Of a DNA stretch of 64,000 nt, positions 32,609 through 41,861 are shown in pieces. A program made the position numbers and the translations under genes. The first letter of the stretch is position 1, and each line of letters opens with the position of its first letter. The DNA comes from Candidatus Nitrospinota bacterium M3_3B_026 (lineage in GTDB: Bacteria > Nitrospinota_A > UBA7883 > JBPRGF01). Below the pieces are notes generated by a model, which saw only the letters and a list, made by a program, of their open reading frames with translations, was not told where the DNA came from and did not search any database. The stretch is taken from assembly GCA_051418015.1 (NCBI GenBank), contig JBPRGF010000014.1:32001-96000 (forward strand), written 5' to 3'.

Positions 32609-32667
32609 CATATTCCCGCCCCCGGCCTTATATTAGCTGTAGGAAGACAAAGCAGGGAGCCGGAACC

Positions 32668-33672
32668 ATGACCGTGGCGGAAGGGCTTCATCCCGCCCTT
32701 TACTGGGAAAAGGAGAAGGAGGGGAGGGTCCGTTGCGTCCTCTGTCCCTTCAGGTGTCTTCTGGGCGAAGGCAAGATCGGCATATGCCGGGGCAAACAGA
32801 ACATCGAGGGGAGCCTTTATGCCATAAACTACGCCAGGACCACCTCCATGAACATGGACCCCATAGAGAAAAAACCGCTGTATCATTTTTATCCTGGCTC
32901 CCACATTCTCTCCATAGGCCCGAACGGGTGCAACCTGGGGTGCGATTTTTGCCAGAACTGGGCCATCTCCCAGAAGGAGTTCCCCACGACCTATCTTCCG
33001 CCCGAGGACGCCGTCGGGCTGGCGGAGACCAGGGGCTCCATCGGCATAGCCTACACCTACACCGAGCCGCTGATATGGTTCGAGTACGTGCTGGACACCT
33101 CGAAGCTTGCGCGCGAGGCGGGGCTCGTGAACGTCCTGGTGACGAACGGGATGATAAACCCGGAGCCGATGGAGGAGCTTCTGCCTTACATAGACGCGAT
33201 GAACATCGACCTGAAGTCGATGGACCCGGCTTTCTACAGGAAAGTGAGCAAGGGCAAGCTCGAGCCCGTGCTGGACACCATCCGCCGATGCGCGGACAGA
33301 ACCCACGTGGAGATCACGAATCTTCTCATCCCCGGCCTCAACGACTCCACGGAGATGATAGAGAAACTGACGGATTTTATCGCCGGGCTGGATCCGCTGA
33401 TCCCTCTGCATTTTTCCCGCTATTTCCCCGGCTACAAGCGGACGACGCCGCCGACGCCGATGGAGTCGCTCCTGCGCGCCGCCCACATAGCCGAAAAGAG
33501 GCTCAAGTACGTCTTCATCGGCAACATCGCATCGGAAAAATACAACCAGACAAGGTGCCCCGAATGCGGGGAGACGATCATAGAGAGGGCCGGCTACACC
33601 GTCCTGAAGACCGCCGTCCGCGGGGGGGAATGCCAATACTGCGGGGCGAAGACGGCGATAGTCGCGGATTGA
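32668..33672 (+). CDS. amrS: AmmeMemoRadiSam system radical SAM enzyme
   Basis: CVLCPFRC, DPIEKKPLYHF, CNLGCDFCQN, YTYTEP and C-terminal CPECG/CQYCG. Confidence 0.9.
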   Translation: MTVAEGLHPALYWEKEKEGRVRCVLCPFRCLLGEGKIGICRGKQNIEGSLYAINYARTTSMNMDPIEKKPLYHFYPGSHILSIGPNGCNLGCDFCQNWAISQKEFPTTYLPPEDAVGLAETRGSIGIAYTYTEPLIWFEYVLDTSKLAREAGLVNVLVTNGMINPEPMEELLPYIDAMNIDLKSMDPAFYRKVSKGKLEPVLDTIRRCADRTHVEITNLLIPGLNDSTEMIEKLTDFIAGLDPLIPLHFSRYFPGYKRTTPPTPMESLLRAAHIAEKRLKYVFIGNIASEKYNQTRCPECGETIIERAGYTVLKTAVRGGECQYCGAKTAIVAD

Positions 33673-33729
33673 TGTTTAAGTGTAATGTTTTCCGCCTGTT
33701 CCGAATGCTTAAAAAAAGGACAAAAAACC

Positions 33730-33762
33730 TTGACGCGCGCCGGTATTTGTAATTAAAATTAC
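33730..33762 (+). promoter_or_regulatory. Sigma-70 promoter of cyc2 with a palindrome over the -10 box
   Basis: TTGACG-N18-TAAAAT; GTAATT-AA-AATTAC inverted repeat at 33749-33762. Confidence 0.6.
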
Positions 33763-33873
33763 GCCGATTCACGCTCAATAGGAGACGGGTTCCGGCGCTT
33801 GTCGCGGCGGGGCTCTTGGCGTGGGTCGAAAAAGCCTTAAGTTATCTGTTGTTTGAGTAAGGAGGAGCATCGT

Positions 33874-35088
33874 ATGAGGAGGACATTCCTATCGGTTCTG
33901 TCGGTCGTGGCGGTCGCCATGGCGGGAATCCTCGTAACGCCGGATGAAGGCTCGGCCCTGCCGAACTTCGCCCGGCAGACCGGGCAGCCCTGTTTCAGCT
34001 GCCATTTCCAGCACATTCCAAAACTTTCCGCGTACGGGCGGTCCTTCAAGATGGGCGCGTACACGGACACCTTCGTCGACATGATCGAGGGTGAGAACCT
34101 GTCCACCCCGGCCACGGCCCCCGTCGGGTTCGTGACCAAGCTGCGCTACGTCCAGACCACCGCCAAGGAAGAGCACGGCGAGAAGGCCGGCACCGAGCGC
34201 GGCGAGTGGCAGATTCCTGACGAGGCCGCTCTCTGGCTGGCCGGGCGCGTGTCCGAGAACATCGGCTACGCCATCGAGTTCCCGGAAGGCTGGGCCTCGG
34301 GCAAGGTCATCTTCAAGCTTCCGGTGGACGCCGTGAACGTGGGCCTTTCCGTGTACAGCACGGACGCTCTCGGGCCGGGCTTCGGCATGGAGATCTTCAA
34401 CACCGGCGTTCTGCGGTCCATCCGCATGTTTGAGTCCCGCAAGGAGACGATAGTCGCCCAGGGGATGGGTGTCGGAGCCGGGACGGCCACGGGTCTTACC
34501 CTCTACGCCGGCAGCGACATGTTCTTCGCGGGCGCCGGCCTGTGGGGCCCGCAGTTCGGCGGAGAGGCTCCCATCGACACGGGTTTCGACCTTTCCACCT
34601 GGTACCGCGCGGCCTTCACGCCGACCTTCGGCGATCATAACCTGATGATCGGCGTCTTCGGCACCGCGGGCGAGACCAAGTGCGTCGAGTGTCTCGGTGG
34701 CGACGGTAGCGAGGTGCTGTCCGCCAAGACGGAGTCCTTCGGTGTTGACGCTCAGCTTCAGAGCGTGTTGGGCAACGGCATGACCCTGGAGGTTCAGGGC
34801 ATGTACCTGACCGCTGGCAGCGACGACGCCAACTCCCTCTACACGGAGTCCAACGGCTTCAGCGGCGTCGCGGAGCTTGGCTTCAACCCGATGTTCGGCG
34901 TGGCCGTCGGTTACGCAAGCTACACCGACAAGAGCGGGTCCGAGGACGTGGACACCCAGGCCACGAGCGTCGCGGCTTACGCCAACCTCGCCCAGAACGT
35001 CACGCTGAGGCCGGAGTTCACCTCCTACAGCGGCGACGGAAGGAGCAACGACGACCAGTTCCTGCTTCTCCTGCTGGCTGGCTTCTAA
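33874..35088 (+). CDS. cyc2: Cyc2-like fused monoheme cytochrome c / outer-membrane porin (candidate Fe(II) oxidase)
   Basis: Signal peptide; ALPNFARQTGQPCFSCHFQHIPKLSAYGRSFKMGAY; alternating beta-strand body; C-terminal Phe; TAAGGAGG RBS. Confidence 0.85.
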   Translation: MRRTFLSVLSVVAVAMAGILVTPDEGSALPNFARQTGQPCFSCHFQHIPKLSAYGRSFKMGAYTDTFVDMIEGENLSTPATAPVGFVTKLRYVQTTAKEEHGEKAGTERGEWQIPDEAALWLAGRVSENIGYAIEFPEGWASGKVIFKLPVDAVNVGLSVYSTDALGPGFGMEIFNTGVLRSIRMFESRKETIVAQGMGVGAGTATGLTLYAGSDMFFAGAGLWGPQFGGEAPIDTGFDLSTWYRAAFTPTFGDHNLMIGVFGTAGETKCVECLGGDGSEVLSAKTESFGVDAQLQSVLGNGMTLEVQGMYLTAGSDDANSLYTESNGFSGVAELGFNPMFGVAVGYASYTDKSGSEDVDTQATSVAAYANLAQNVTLRPEFTSYSGDGRSNDDQFLLLLLAGF

Positions 35089-35113
35089 GCTCCCGCCTTT
35101 CAAGGCAGATACT

Positions 35114-35148
35114 CCCCCGTCCTCTTTAAAGAGGGCGGGGGTTTTTTT
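35114..35148 (+). terminator. Intrinsic terminator of cyc2
   Basis: CCCCCGTCCTCT/AGAGGGCGGGGG stem followed by T7. Confidence 0.9.
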
Positions 35149-35179
35149 ATGCTTGCCGCGGCGGGCTCCTTTCCCGCGG

Positions 35180-35398
35180 TGTCCATTCTGAGCGCCAGCG
35201 AAGAATCCCGCAACGGACGTGAAACGGCGAGATCCTTCGGCCTCAGGATGACAATGGGGCGGCTCAGGGTGGATAAAATGGGAGCGCTCAGGGTGACAAA
35301 GTGAGGGGAGGTTCAGGGTGACACTATCTCTTCACAGTGTCATGCTGAACGAAGTGAAGCATCTCGCCCCGGGACAACAACGAAAACAGCTTCTCAGC
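35180..35398. repeat. REP-like palindromic repeat cluster 1
   Basis: Units CATTCTGAGCG..CGAAGAATC, GAGATCCTTCG..CTCAGGATGACA and TGTCATGCTGAACGAAGTGAAGCATCTC; four (C/T)TCAGG(A/G)TG..A ends. Confidence 0.75.
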
Positions 35399-35404
35399 AG
35401 CCCG

Positions 35405-37366
35405 TCAGGCCCTCGCGGCGCCGGACTCTTTCCAATCTACCAAAAAGATGTCGTAGCGGACGCCCTCCAGCCCCTTGATCTCGGCCCAGCCTATTTCCCG
35501 GAGAACGAACCTGGGGTCGTCCTTGATGGAGTTGTAGACAATGTATGAGACCAGCACGCGGTTCACCAGCGGGAAATCCACAGGGTCCACGTTCAGTTGC
35601 ATGAATGACTCCGGGCCGAGCCTCTCGATCCTCGAAGCGGCGTTCACCGGCACGCCGAACCGGTCGTTGTCATGCCCCACCCTGGTCTCTCCGAAGTCGA
35701 TCCCCACCCGGACGTTTATCCTGTTTTTCTCGTCCGCCCTCCGGTTGTAATCTTCCAGCTCCTTCAGTGTCTCCACGGCCGCGCTGACGGCGTCGGCGTT
35801 GCTCTCGAAAACGCCCATGAACCCGTCGCCCAAGCCCTTTTTGTACGCGAGGCCGTTGCGCGAGGCCTTTTCGCTGAAAATCTTGTCCAGCGAACTGAAC
35901 AGCTTGAAGAAATGGTATCCCCCGTAGACGTTCATTATCTCCGTGGAGCCTGCCACGTCCAGGAACAGGATCGACTCCGGCCGGGAGTCTTTATACGGCG
36001 AGGCGGGGATGGATGGCGCCTGGAGCGGCTTTGACGGGATCGAGGGTGGAGCGTCCCCGGCGGAGCTTGCGGCGGACACTTTTTCTATGAACTCGGCCAC
36101 TCTTTCGGCGCTCCCCCTGAGGGATTCGTCGGCGAGCTTGATGAAGGTCTCGTAGTCCTTGACGGCTTCCCCGGACAATCCCATGTCATACTTCGCCTTG
36201 CCCCTGTTGTGATAGGCCGGGGCGAAGCTGGGGTTGAGCCGTATGGCCTCGCTGTAGTCGGCGACGGCTTCCTTCTTGAGGCCTAAGTCGGACCTGGCGT
36301 TGCCGCGGTTGTTGTAGGCGGCGGCGTAGCTCGGGTCCAGTTGCGTGGCGGCGTCGTAGTCGGCTATGGCCTCTTCCTTCAATCCCATGTATGAGAGGGC
36401 GTTCCCCTTGTTGTAAAAGACCTGCGGCATGTTCGGCTTCAGCCTCAGGGCCTCCTCGTAGTCGGCGACGGCTTCCTTTTTGAGACCCAGGTCGGACTTG
36501 GCGTTGCCCCGGTTGTAATAGGCCGCGGCAAGATCCGGGTCCAGCTCTATGGCGCGGTCGTAGTCGGCTATGGCCTCTTCCTTGCGCCCCAGGGCGGATT
36601 TTATGTTTCCCCTGTTGTTGTACGCCAGGGCGTAATCCGGACCCAGCTCTATGGCGCGGTCGAAATCGGCTATGGCCTCCTCGGCCCTGCCGAGGTCGTA
36701 TTTAGCGTTCGCCCTGTTGAAAAAGGCCACGGCGTAACGGGGACTGAGTTCTATGGCCTGGTCGTAGTCGGCTATTGCCTCGTCTTTTCGCCCCAGCGAG
36801 TCCTTGGCGATGCCGCGGTTGTTGTACGCCTTGGCGAGGCCGGGGTCCAGGCGGATGGCCTGGTCGTAGTCGGCTATGGCCTCCTCCTTGCGCCCCAGGG
36901 CGGCCTTGGCGCTGCCGCGGTTGTTGTAGGCGGCGGCGTGGGAGGGGTTCAGGCGTACGGCCTGGTCGTAGTCGGCTATGGCCTCCTCCTTGCGCCCCAG
37001 GGCGGACTTGGCGTTGCCACGGTTGTTGTAGGCCACGGCGTAGTTCGGGTTCAGCGCGAGCGCCTGGTCGTAGTCGGCTATGGCCTCCTCCTTGCGCCCT
37101 AGGGCGGACTTGGCGTTGCCCCGGTTGTTGTAGGCGGCGGCGTAATCGGGGTTCAGCTCTATGGCGCGGTCGAAATCGGCGATGGCCTCCTCCCTGTGGC
37201 CCAGGGCGGCCTTGGCGCTGCCGCGGTTGTTGTAGGCGGCGGCGTGGGAGGGGTTCAGGCGTATCGCCTCGTCGAAATCGGCGATCGACTCCCCGGTCTG
37301 CTTGTTTTTATATTTTTCGACGCCTTTTTCGAAATATTGTTTCGCTTTTTCCGTCTCGTTTGACAT
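35405..37366 (-). CDS. TPR-repeat protein with a C-terminal class III adenylate/guanylate cyclase
   Basis: About 12 34-aa TPRs (AYNNRG...EEAIADYDxA); LFLDVAGST, KGLGDG, RVGIDFG and DRFGVPVNAASR motifs. Confidence 0.92.
   Translation of the reverse strand: MSNETEKAKQYFEKGVEKYKNKQTGESIADFDEAIRLNPSHAAAYNNRGSAKAALGHREEAIADFDRAIELNPDYAAAYNNRGNAKSALGRKEEAIADYDQALALNPNYAVAYNNRGNAKSALGRKEEAIADYDQAVRLNPSHAAAYNNRGSAKAALGRKEEAIADYDQAIRLDPGLAKAYNNRGIAKDSLGRKDEAIADYDQAIELSPRYAVAFFNRANAKYDLGRAEEAIADFDRAIELGPDYALAYNNRGNIKSALGRKEEAIADYDRAIELDPDLAAAYYNRGNAKSDLGLKKEAVADYEEALRLKPNMPQVFYNKGNALSYMGLKEEAIADYDAATQLDPSYAAAYNNRGNARSDLGLKKEAVADYSEAIRLNPSFAPAYHNRGKAKYDMGLSGEAVKDYETFIKLADESLRGSAERVAEFIEKVSAASSAGDAPPSIPSKPLQAPSIPASPYKDSRPESILFLDVAGSTEIMNVYGGYHFFKLFSSLDKIFSEKASRNGLAYKKGLGDGFMGVFESNADAVSAAVETLKELEDYNRRADEKNRINVRVGIDFGETRVGHDNDRFGVPVNAASRIERLGPESFMQLNVDPVDFPLVNRVLVSYIVYNSIKDDPRFVLREIGWAEIKGLEGVRYDIFLVDWKESGAARA
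36150..37300 (-). repeat. 102-bp tandem repeat array encoding the TPRs
   Basis: Near-identical 102-bp units; an identical ~63-bp block at 36895 and 37201, 306 bp apart. Confidence 0.9.
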
Positions 37367-37433
37367 AATTTATAATCTTAGCAAAATATCTCTGCTATAA
37401 GGTTGAAATCAGGTAAATAACGTTTTTTGCCGT

Positions 37434-38159
37434 ATGACGCGGGAATCGCCGAGCCTTTTCGAAAACGCCCTTGTCCAGACCCTGGCCGAGCGCATCGGGC
37501 CGTCTTTCAACGTGACTCTGACCGACAACAGGAGAACCCTTATCTCCATAAGGGAAAAGAATGGCGCGACACACGTCAGGCTCTCCAGGATATTCGCCCT
37601 TGCCGACGAGGCGACGACCCGCGGCCTGGTCTTGTACATAAAAGGGAGGGCAAGACGCCTGCCGAGGAGCGTCACGGCCTTCGTCAGGACCCAGCCTCCG
37701 CCTCCCCGGGCCGTCCGTAAAGCCGTTGAAAAACTGGCCCCGAAAGGCAAAGTCCGCGACCTTCGGGACGTAGCCGGGAGGATCGACAAACGCTATTTCG
37801 GCGGCTGCGCCGGGAGGGTGAGGATCACCTGGGGCAGGCCCGCGCCGGTTATGAAAAAACGCCGCGCCCAGAAAAGCGTCCGGCTGGGGTCATACGACTG
37901 GGAGTTCGACCTGATAACCGTGAATCCCGTCCTGGACTCTGCGTCTGTCCCCGTCGAGGTGTTGGAACTGGTCGTGTATCACGAGATGCTCCACAAAAAA
38001 CTCGGCAGGAGGGTGGGGCGCGACGGCAGACTTCTGGCGCACACGCCGCTGTTCCGCGCGCTGGAGCGCAAATACGAGCGTTACGAGCAGGCCGTGGATT
38101 GGGAAAGGAAGCATATATGGAAGGCGCTGCGGCCGGCTCGCGGCGGGCGAAGGCCGTAG
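37434..38159 (+). CDS. SprT/YgjP-like zinc metalloprotein
   Basis: ITWG, RLGSY, YHEMLH and H..FRALE motifs. Confidence 0.75.
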   Translation: MTRESPSLFENALVQTLAERIGPSFNVTLTDNRRTLISIREKNGATHVRLSRIFALADEATTRGLVLYIKGRARRLPRSVTAFVRTQPPPPRAVRKAVEKLAPKGKVRDLRDVAGRIDKRYFGGCAGRVRITWGRPAPVMKKRRAQKSVRLGSYDWEFDLITVNPVLDSASVPVEVLELVVYHEMLHKKLGRRVGRDGRLLAHTPLFRALERKYERYEQAVDWERKHIWKALRPARGGRRP

Positions 38160-38836
38160 ACACGGGCTCTGCCCGGCGGGACGGGTTCGACATCTCAAAA
38201 GCCCTGGGGATCATCCGCCGGGAGGTGAAACGGTGGAAGACCCCGGTGGTGACCCGTTACAGCCGTGAGGGCGAAAGACCGGCCTTCCGCGTCCTCATAA
38301 GCTGCCTTCTCTCCCTGCGGACAAGGGACGAGCAGACCGCCGCGGCCGCCCGCCGCCTCTTCGCCGCCGCCGCCGCCCCCCGCCGGATCATGGCCCTGCC
38401 GGAGAAGAGGATCGAGGAGCTTATTTACCCCGTCGGGTTCTACAGGAACAAGGCCAGGGTCATAAAGGAGGTCTGCCGCCGGCTCGTGGCCGACTACGGT
38501 GGCGCCGTCCCGGACGAGATAGACGAGCTTTTGAAGCTGAAGGGAGTGGGGCGCAAGACGGCCAACCTCGTTGTGACCATGGGCTTCGGCAAGCCGGGGA
38601 TATGCGTGGACACCCACGTTCACCGGATAGTAAACATCTGGGGATACGTCAGGACCGCCGCGCCTGACAAGACCGAGCTTGCCCTGCGGGAAAAACTTCC
38701 CCGCCGCCACTGGATAGAGATAAACGACCTGCTCGTGACCTATGGCCAGAACGTGTGCAAGCCCGTCTCCCCGCTGTGCTCCAAGTGCGCCATACACAGC
38801 ATGTGCCCCAGGGCAGGCGTTACCCGCAGCCGCTAG
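38099..38836 (+). CDS. nth: Endonuclease III (start uncertain)
   Basis: LLSLRTRD, LKGVGRKTAN HhH, VDTHV and CKPVSPLCSKCAIHSMC Fe-S motif. Confidence 0.92.
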   Translation: MGKEAYMEGAAAGSRRAKAVDTGSARRDGFDISKALGIIRREVKRWKTPVVTRYSREGERPAFRVLISCLLSLRTRDEQTAAAARRLFAAAAAPRRIMALPEKRIEELIYPVGFYRNKARVIKEVCRRLVADYGGAVPDEIDELLKLKGVGRKTANLVVTMGFGKPGICVDTHVHRIVNIWGYVRTAAPDKTELALREKLPRRHWIEINDLLVTYGQNVCKPVSPLCSKCAIHSMCPRAGVTRSR

Positions 38837-38891
38837 GCGAAAGCCTCCGTGTGTTAGAATTTTATAATGGCGAAGCTTCGCGAAAAAAAAG

Positions 38892-39650
38892 ATGCCGGAA
38901 CGTGAGCCCGCCCAGATCCTGAGCCTGTCGGTGATGGGGCGCGGGGGGGAGGAGAAAGCGTTCCCGCTGGATCGTGACAGCCTGACCATCGGCAGGGAGT
39001 CCGGCTGCGACATCATCATCCCTGACCTTTCCATATCCAAAAAACACGCGAGGGTTTTCATCGAGAACGGCAGGACGATGATCGCCGACGGCGTGGACGG
39101 CAAGCCAAGCGTCAACGGTGTTTACGTGAACGACGCTCGCATAAGCGGCCCCGTGGCGCTCAAGGAAGGCGACGTGGTGAAGATGGGCGTGCTGAAATTC
39201 ATGGCGAAGCTGAGCCCGGACCTTAAGCGCCAGGCGACGCTGGAGCAGGTGACCTCCGCGGAGAACCTGAGGGCGTTCCTGGAGTACGGCGAGGCCATGA
39301 AGGCCAGGGAGGCTGACATCCTGGCGCGGATATCCTCCCTTGACCTGGGGGCCGGAGAGCTGACGGAGATTTTCGACGCCGCGCTGGACAGGGCGATGGA
39401 GGAAAGCCGCCTCAAAAAGGTCGGGTTCATCTCCGCCCTGAAACACAAAGCGCTGAAAGAGACGAAAAGCGGCGGAGGCCGGAAGGCCGGACAGTGGAGC
39501 GAAGACGCCGCCGGGGACCCGGACGCCACCGTTCTAGACCCCGCCTTCGCCGCGTCCGCCGGGGCCGGGAAGCGGAGAGGGCTTCTGATCGTCGCGGCGG
39601 CGCTCCTGGGGGCTTTCATTGCCGCCGCCCTTGTTCTGATGTATTTATGA
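38892..39650 (+). CDS. FHA-domain protein with a C-terminal membrane anchor
   Basis: IGR..CDI..SISKKHA..SVNGVYVN; hydrophobic C-terminus. Confidence 0.85.
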   Translation: MPEREPAQILSLSVMGRGGEEKAFPLDRDSLTIGRESGCDIIIPDLSISKKHARVFIENGRTMIADGVDGKPSVNGVYVNDARISGPVALKEGDVVKMGVLKFMAKLSPDLKRQATLEQVTSAENLRAFLEYGEAMKAREADILARISSLDLGAGELTEIFDAALDRAMEESRLKKVGFISALKHKALKETKSGGGRKAGQWSEDAAGDPDATVLDPAFAASAGAGKRRGLLIVAAALLGAFIAAALVLMYL

Positions 39651-39664
39651 GAAAATAGGAAACC

Positions 39665-40690
39665 ATGGCGGAAAACAGGCTGGACAGGATTTTCGAGGAC
39701 GAAAGCTACCGGGCCCTCAAGGGGGAGGAGAAGAGGGTGTACGGCTTCCTCTCCACCGTGGTGGAGAAAAAGAAGATGCTCCTGGAGCTGGAGAAAAGCT
39801 ACCGCGCGAGGCTCAAGGAGATAGCCGACGAGGTGGCGGGCCGCGAGGGGGCCCTGAACCTTTCGGCCCAGGAGGCGGACGCCGCCGCCGATGGCCTGAA
39901 AAAGACCTTGAAAGCCGCGGATGAGAAGATAAAATCCATCCGCCGTGAGCTGGACTTCGCGGAGCTGCGCCTCTCGGCGGGGGAGTTTGGACGGGAGGAG
40001 CTGGACAGAGAAAGAGACAGGCTTCAGCGGGAGCTCTCGAAGGCGGAGGCGGAAAGATCGTGGATCCAGGACAAGATCGCCCTTGTCAAAAAACTGAAGT
40101 CCGGCTCCAGGAGGACGAAACCGCGAGAGGAACAGAAAGAGCGCAAGACCGACGGGGCGAACGCATCCTCCCCCCGCCGCCCCGCGGAGGCGGAGAAAGA
40201 CAATACGCAAACCACCACCTCCCCCATCATGAGCCTGAAAGGCTTTGGCGGCGCCAGGAGCCCCGACGCGACGATCATCTCCGAGATGACGCTGCCGATC
40301 AAACCCACGGGGGGGAATTTCGACGCCGAAGAAACCATGGCCATCCCGGCGGACCTCGTGGGATCGGATCCGGACAGGCTCCTGGAGGCGTCCCTGCACA
40401 TTCATAACGAGGATGGATGGGAGCGTTTCCCCCTGAAAAAGGAGGATGTGAGCATAGGCAACATCCGCGAGCCGGAAAACGACATCGCCCTTTACGACGC
40501 CCAGGTGTCGAGAAGACACGCGAAGATAATCTACGACGAGCCGACCGACTGCTGGTTTCTCGTGGACCTCGGCAGCCGCAACGGCTCCTTCCTGAACAAC
40601 AAGTTCATAGAGTCGAACGACCCGCAACTTCTGAAAGACAAGGACAGGATAACCCTGGGCGAGACCAGCATAGTCATACACCTGCCCTGA
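39665..40690 (+). CDS. Coiled-coil protein with a C-terminal FHA domain
   Basis: Heptad-rich N-terminal half; NDI..VSRRHA..DLGSRNGSFLN. Confidence 0.85.
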   Translation: MAENRLDRIFEDESYRALKGEEKRVYGFLSTVVEKKKMLLELEKSYRARLKEIADEVAGREGALNLSAQEADAAADGLKKTLKAADEKIKSIRRELDFAELRLSAGEFGREELDRERDRLQRELSKAEAERSWIQDKIALVKKLKSGSRRTKPREEQKERKTDGANASSPRRPAEAEKDNTQTTTSPIMSLKGFGGARSPDATIISEMTLPIKPTGGNFDAEETMAIPADLVGSDPDRLLEASLHIHNEDGWERFPLKKEDVSIGNIREPENDIALYDAQVSRRHAKIIYDEPTDCWFLVDLGSRNGSFLNNKFIESNDPQLLKDKDRITLGETSIVIHLP

Positions 40691-40782
40691 CGGCTGCCCC
40701 GGCTCCGGCCTTGACTTTCGCGCCGCGGCGTCTGATAAAGGACAAATGAGCTTGAATTTCCTGATGATTCGCAAGAGAGCCG

Positions 40783-41703
40783 ATGGCTAAGGACTACTAC
40801 GACATACTCGGCGTGGACAGGAACGCCACGGTGGAGCAGATCAAGAAGGCGTACAAAAATCTCGCCAAGAGATACCACCCGGACAGGAACCCGGACGACA
40901 AGCAGGCCGAGGAGAAGTTCAAGGAGATAAGCGAGGCCTACGCCGTCCTGAGCGACAAGGAAAAACGCGCCCAGTACGACAGGTTCGGCCACGCCAAGTT
41001 CCGCCAGGCCTACAGCCAGGAGGACATCTTCAGCGGTGTGAACCCGGACGACATATTCCGCGAGTTCGGATTCGGGGGCGATATCCTCAGCCAGATGTTC
41101 GGCTTCAGGACCGCGGGCGGGCCGCGTGTGCGCTTTGAGCAGGGAGGCTTCGGGTTCGAGCCTTTCGGCGCGGGACGGGGGCCGATGGCGGGGCGGGACT
41201 ACGAGACGAGCCTCACCGTCTCCTTCGATGAGGCGATGAAAGGCGCCGAGCGGGCGCTGACCCTGAACACGGAGTCGGGCCCGCGCCACGTGACGGTGAG
41301 GATACCCCGGGGGATATCGACGGGCAAGAAACTCCGCCTGAAGGGGGAGGGCGGGCCCGGCCCCGGCGGCGGGCCTCCGGGCGATCTTTACATAAAAGCG
41401 ACGGTGGCTGAAGACCCGGTGTTCAAAAGAGACGGGGACGACCTGGTCGTGGAGGCGCCGGTCGCCTATTCCACCCTCATCCTTGGCGGGACGGCCTCCG
41501 TCCCCACGTTGGAGGGGGAAAAGACCATAAGGATACCTCCGGCGTCTGACCCGTCGAAAAGGATCAGGATAAAGGGAGCCGGGGCGCCGAAACTGAAAGG
41601 AGGCCGGGGCGACCTTTACGTCAAGCTGAAGGTGACCGTGCCGCCGGAGCCCACCGAAAAGCAGAAGAGCCTGGCCTCGGAGCTTTTGAAGACGGGGCTT
41701 TGA
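40783..41703 (+). CDS. DnaJ class II co-chaperone (CbpA-like)
   Basis: [11 protein letters not shown] motif, G/F region, no zinc finger. Confidence 0.92.
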   Translation: MAKDYYDILGVDRNATVEQIKKAYKNLAKRYHPDRNPDDKQAEEKFKEISEAYAVLSDKEKRAQYDRFGHAKFRQAYSQEDIFSGVNPDDIFREFGFGGDILSQMFGFRTAGGPRVRFEQGGFGFEPFGAGRGPMAGRDYETSLTVSFDEAMKGAERALTLNTESGPRHVTVRIPRGISTGKKLRLKGEGGPGPGGGPPGDLYIKATVAEDPVFKRDGDDLVVEAPVAYSTLILGGTASVPTLEGEKTIRIPPASDPSKRIRIKGAGAPKLKGGRGDLYVKLKVTVPPEPTEKQKSLASELLKTGL

Positions 41704-41861
41704 ACACCGGGGAAAAGGGCGGCGAGACTCGGCGCCGAGCCTCGCCGGGAGCGCATTGGGCGCGCCTGGCTATACCTTTCGCCGGGGCGCGTTTATAATC
41801 TTCTGGAGGATGCTAACCCGCCGACTTTCCCGCGGCGGGCCTTCGTGTTGAGCTGACCTTG

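Noticed and set aside
35242..35323. Short regularly spaced repeats resembling a mini-CRISPR
   Set aside because: Repeats are about 12 bp and degenerate, spacers about 9-13 bp, and no cas genes are present; better explained as REP ends
36150..37300. 102-bp tandem repeats as a non-coding array or DGR template/variable pair
   Set aside because: They are in-frame TPR units; no reverse transcriptase is present and no adenine-specific variation is evident
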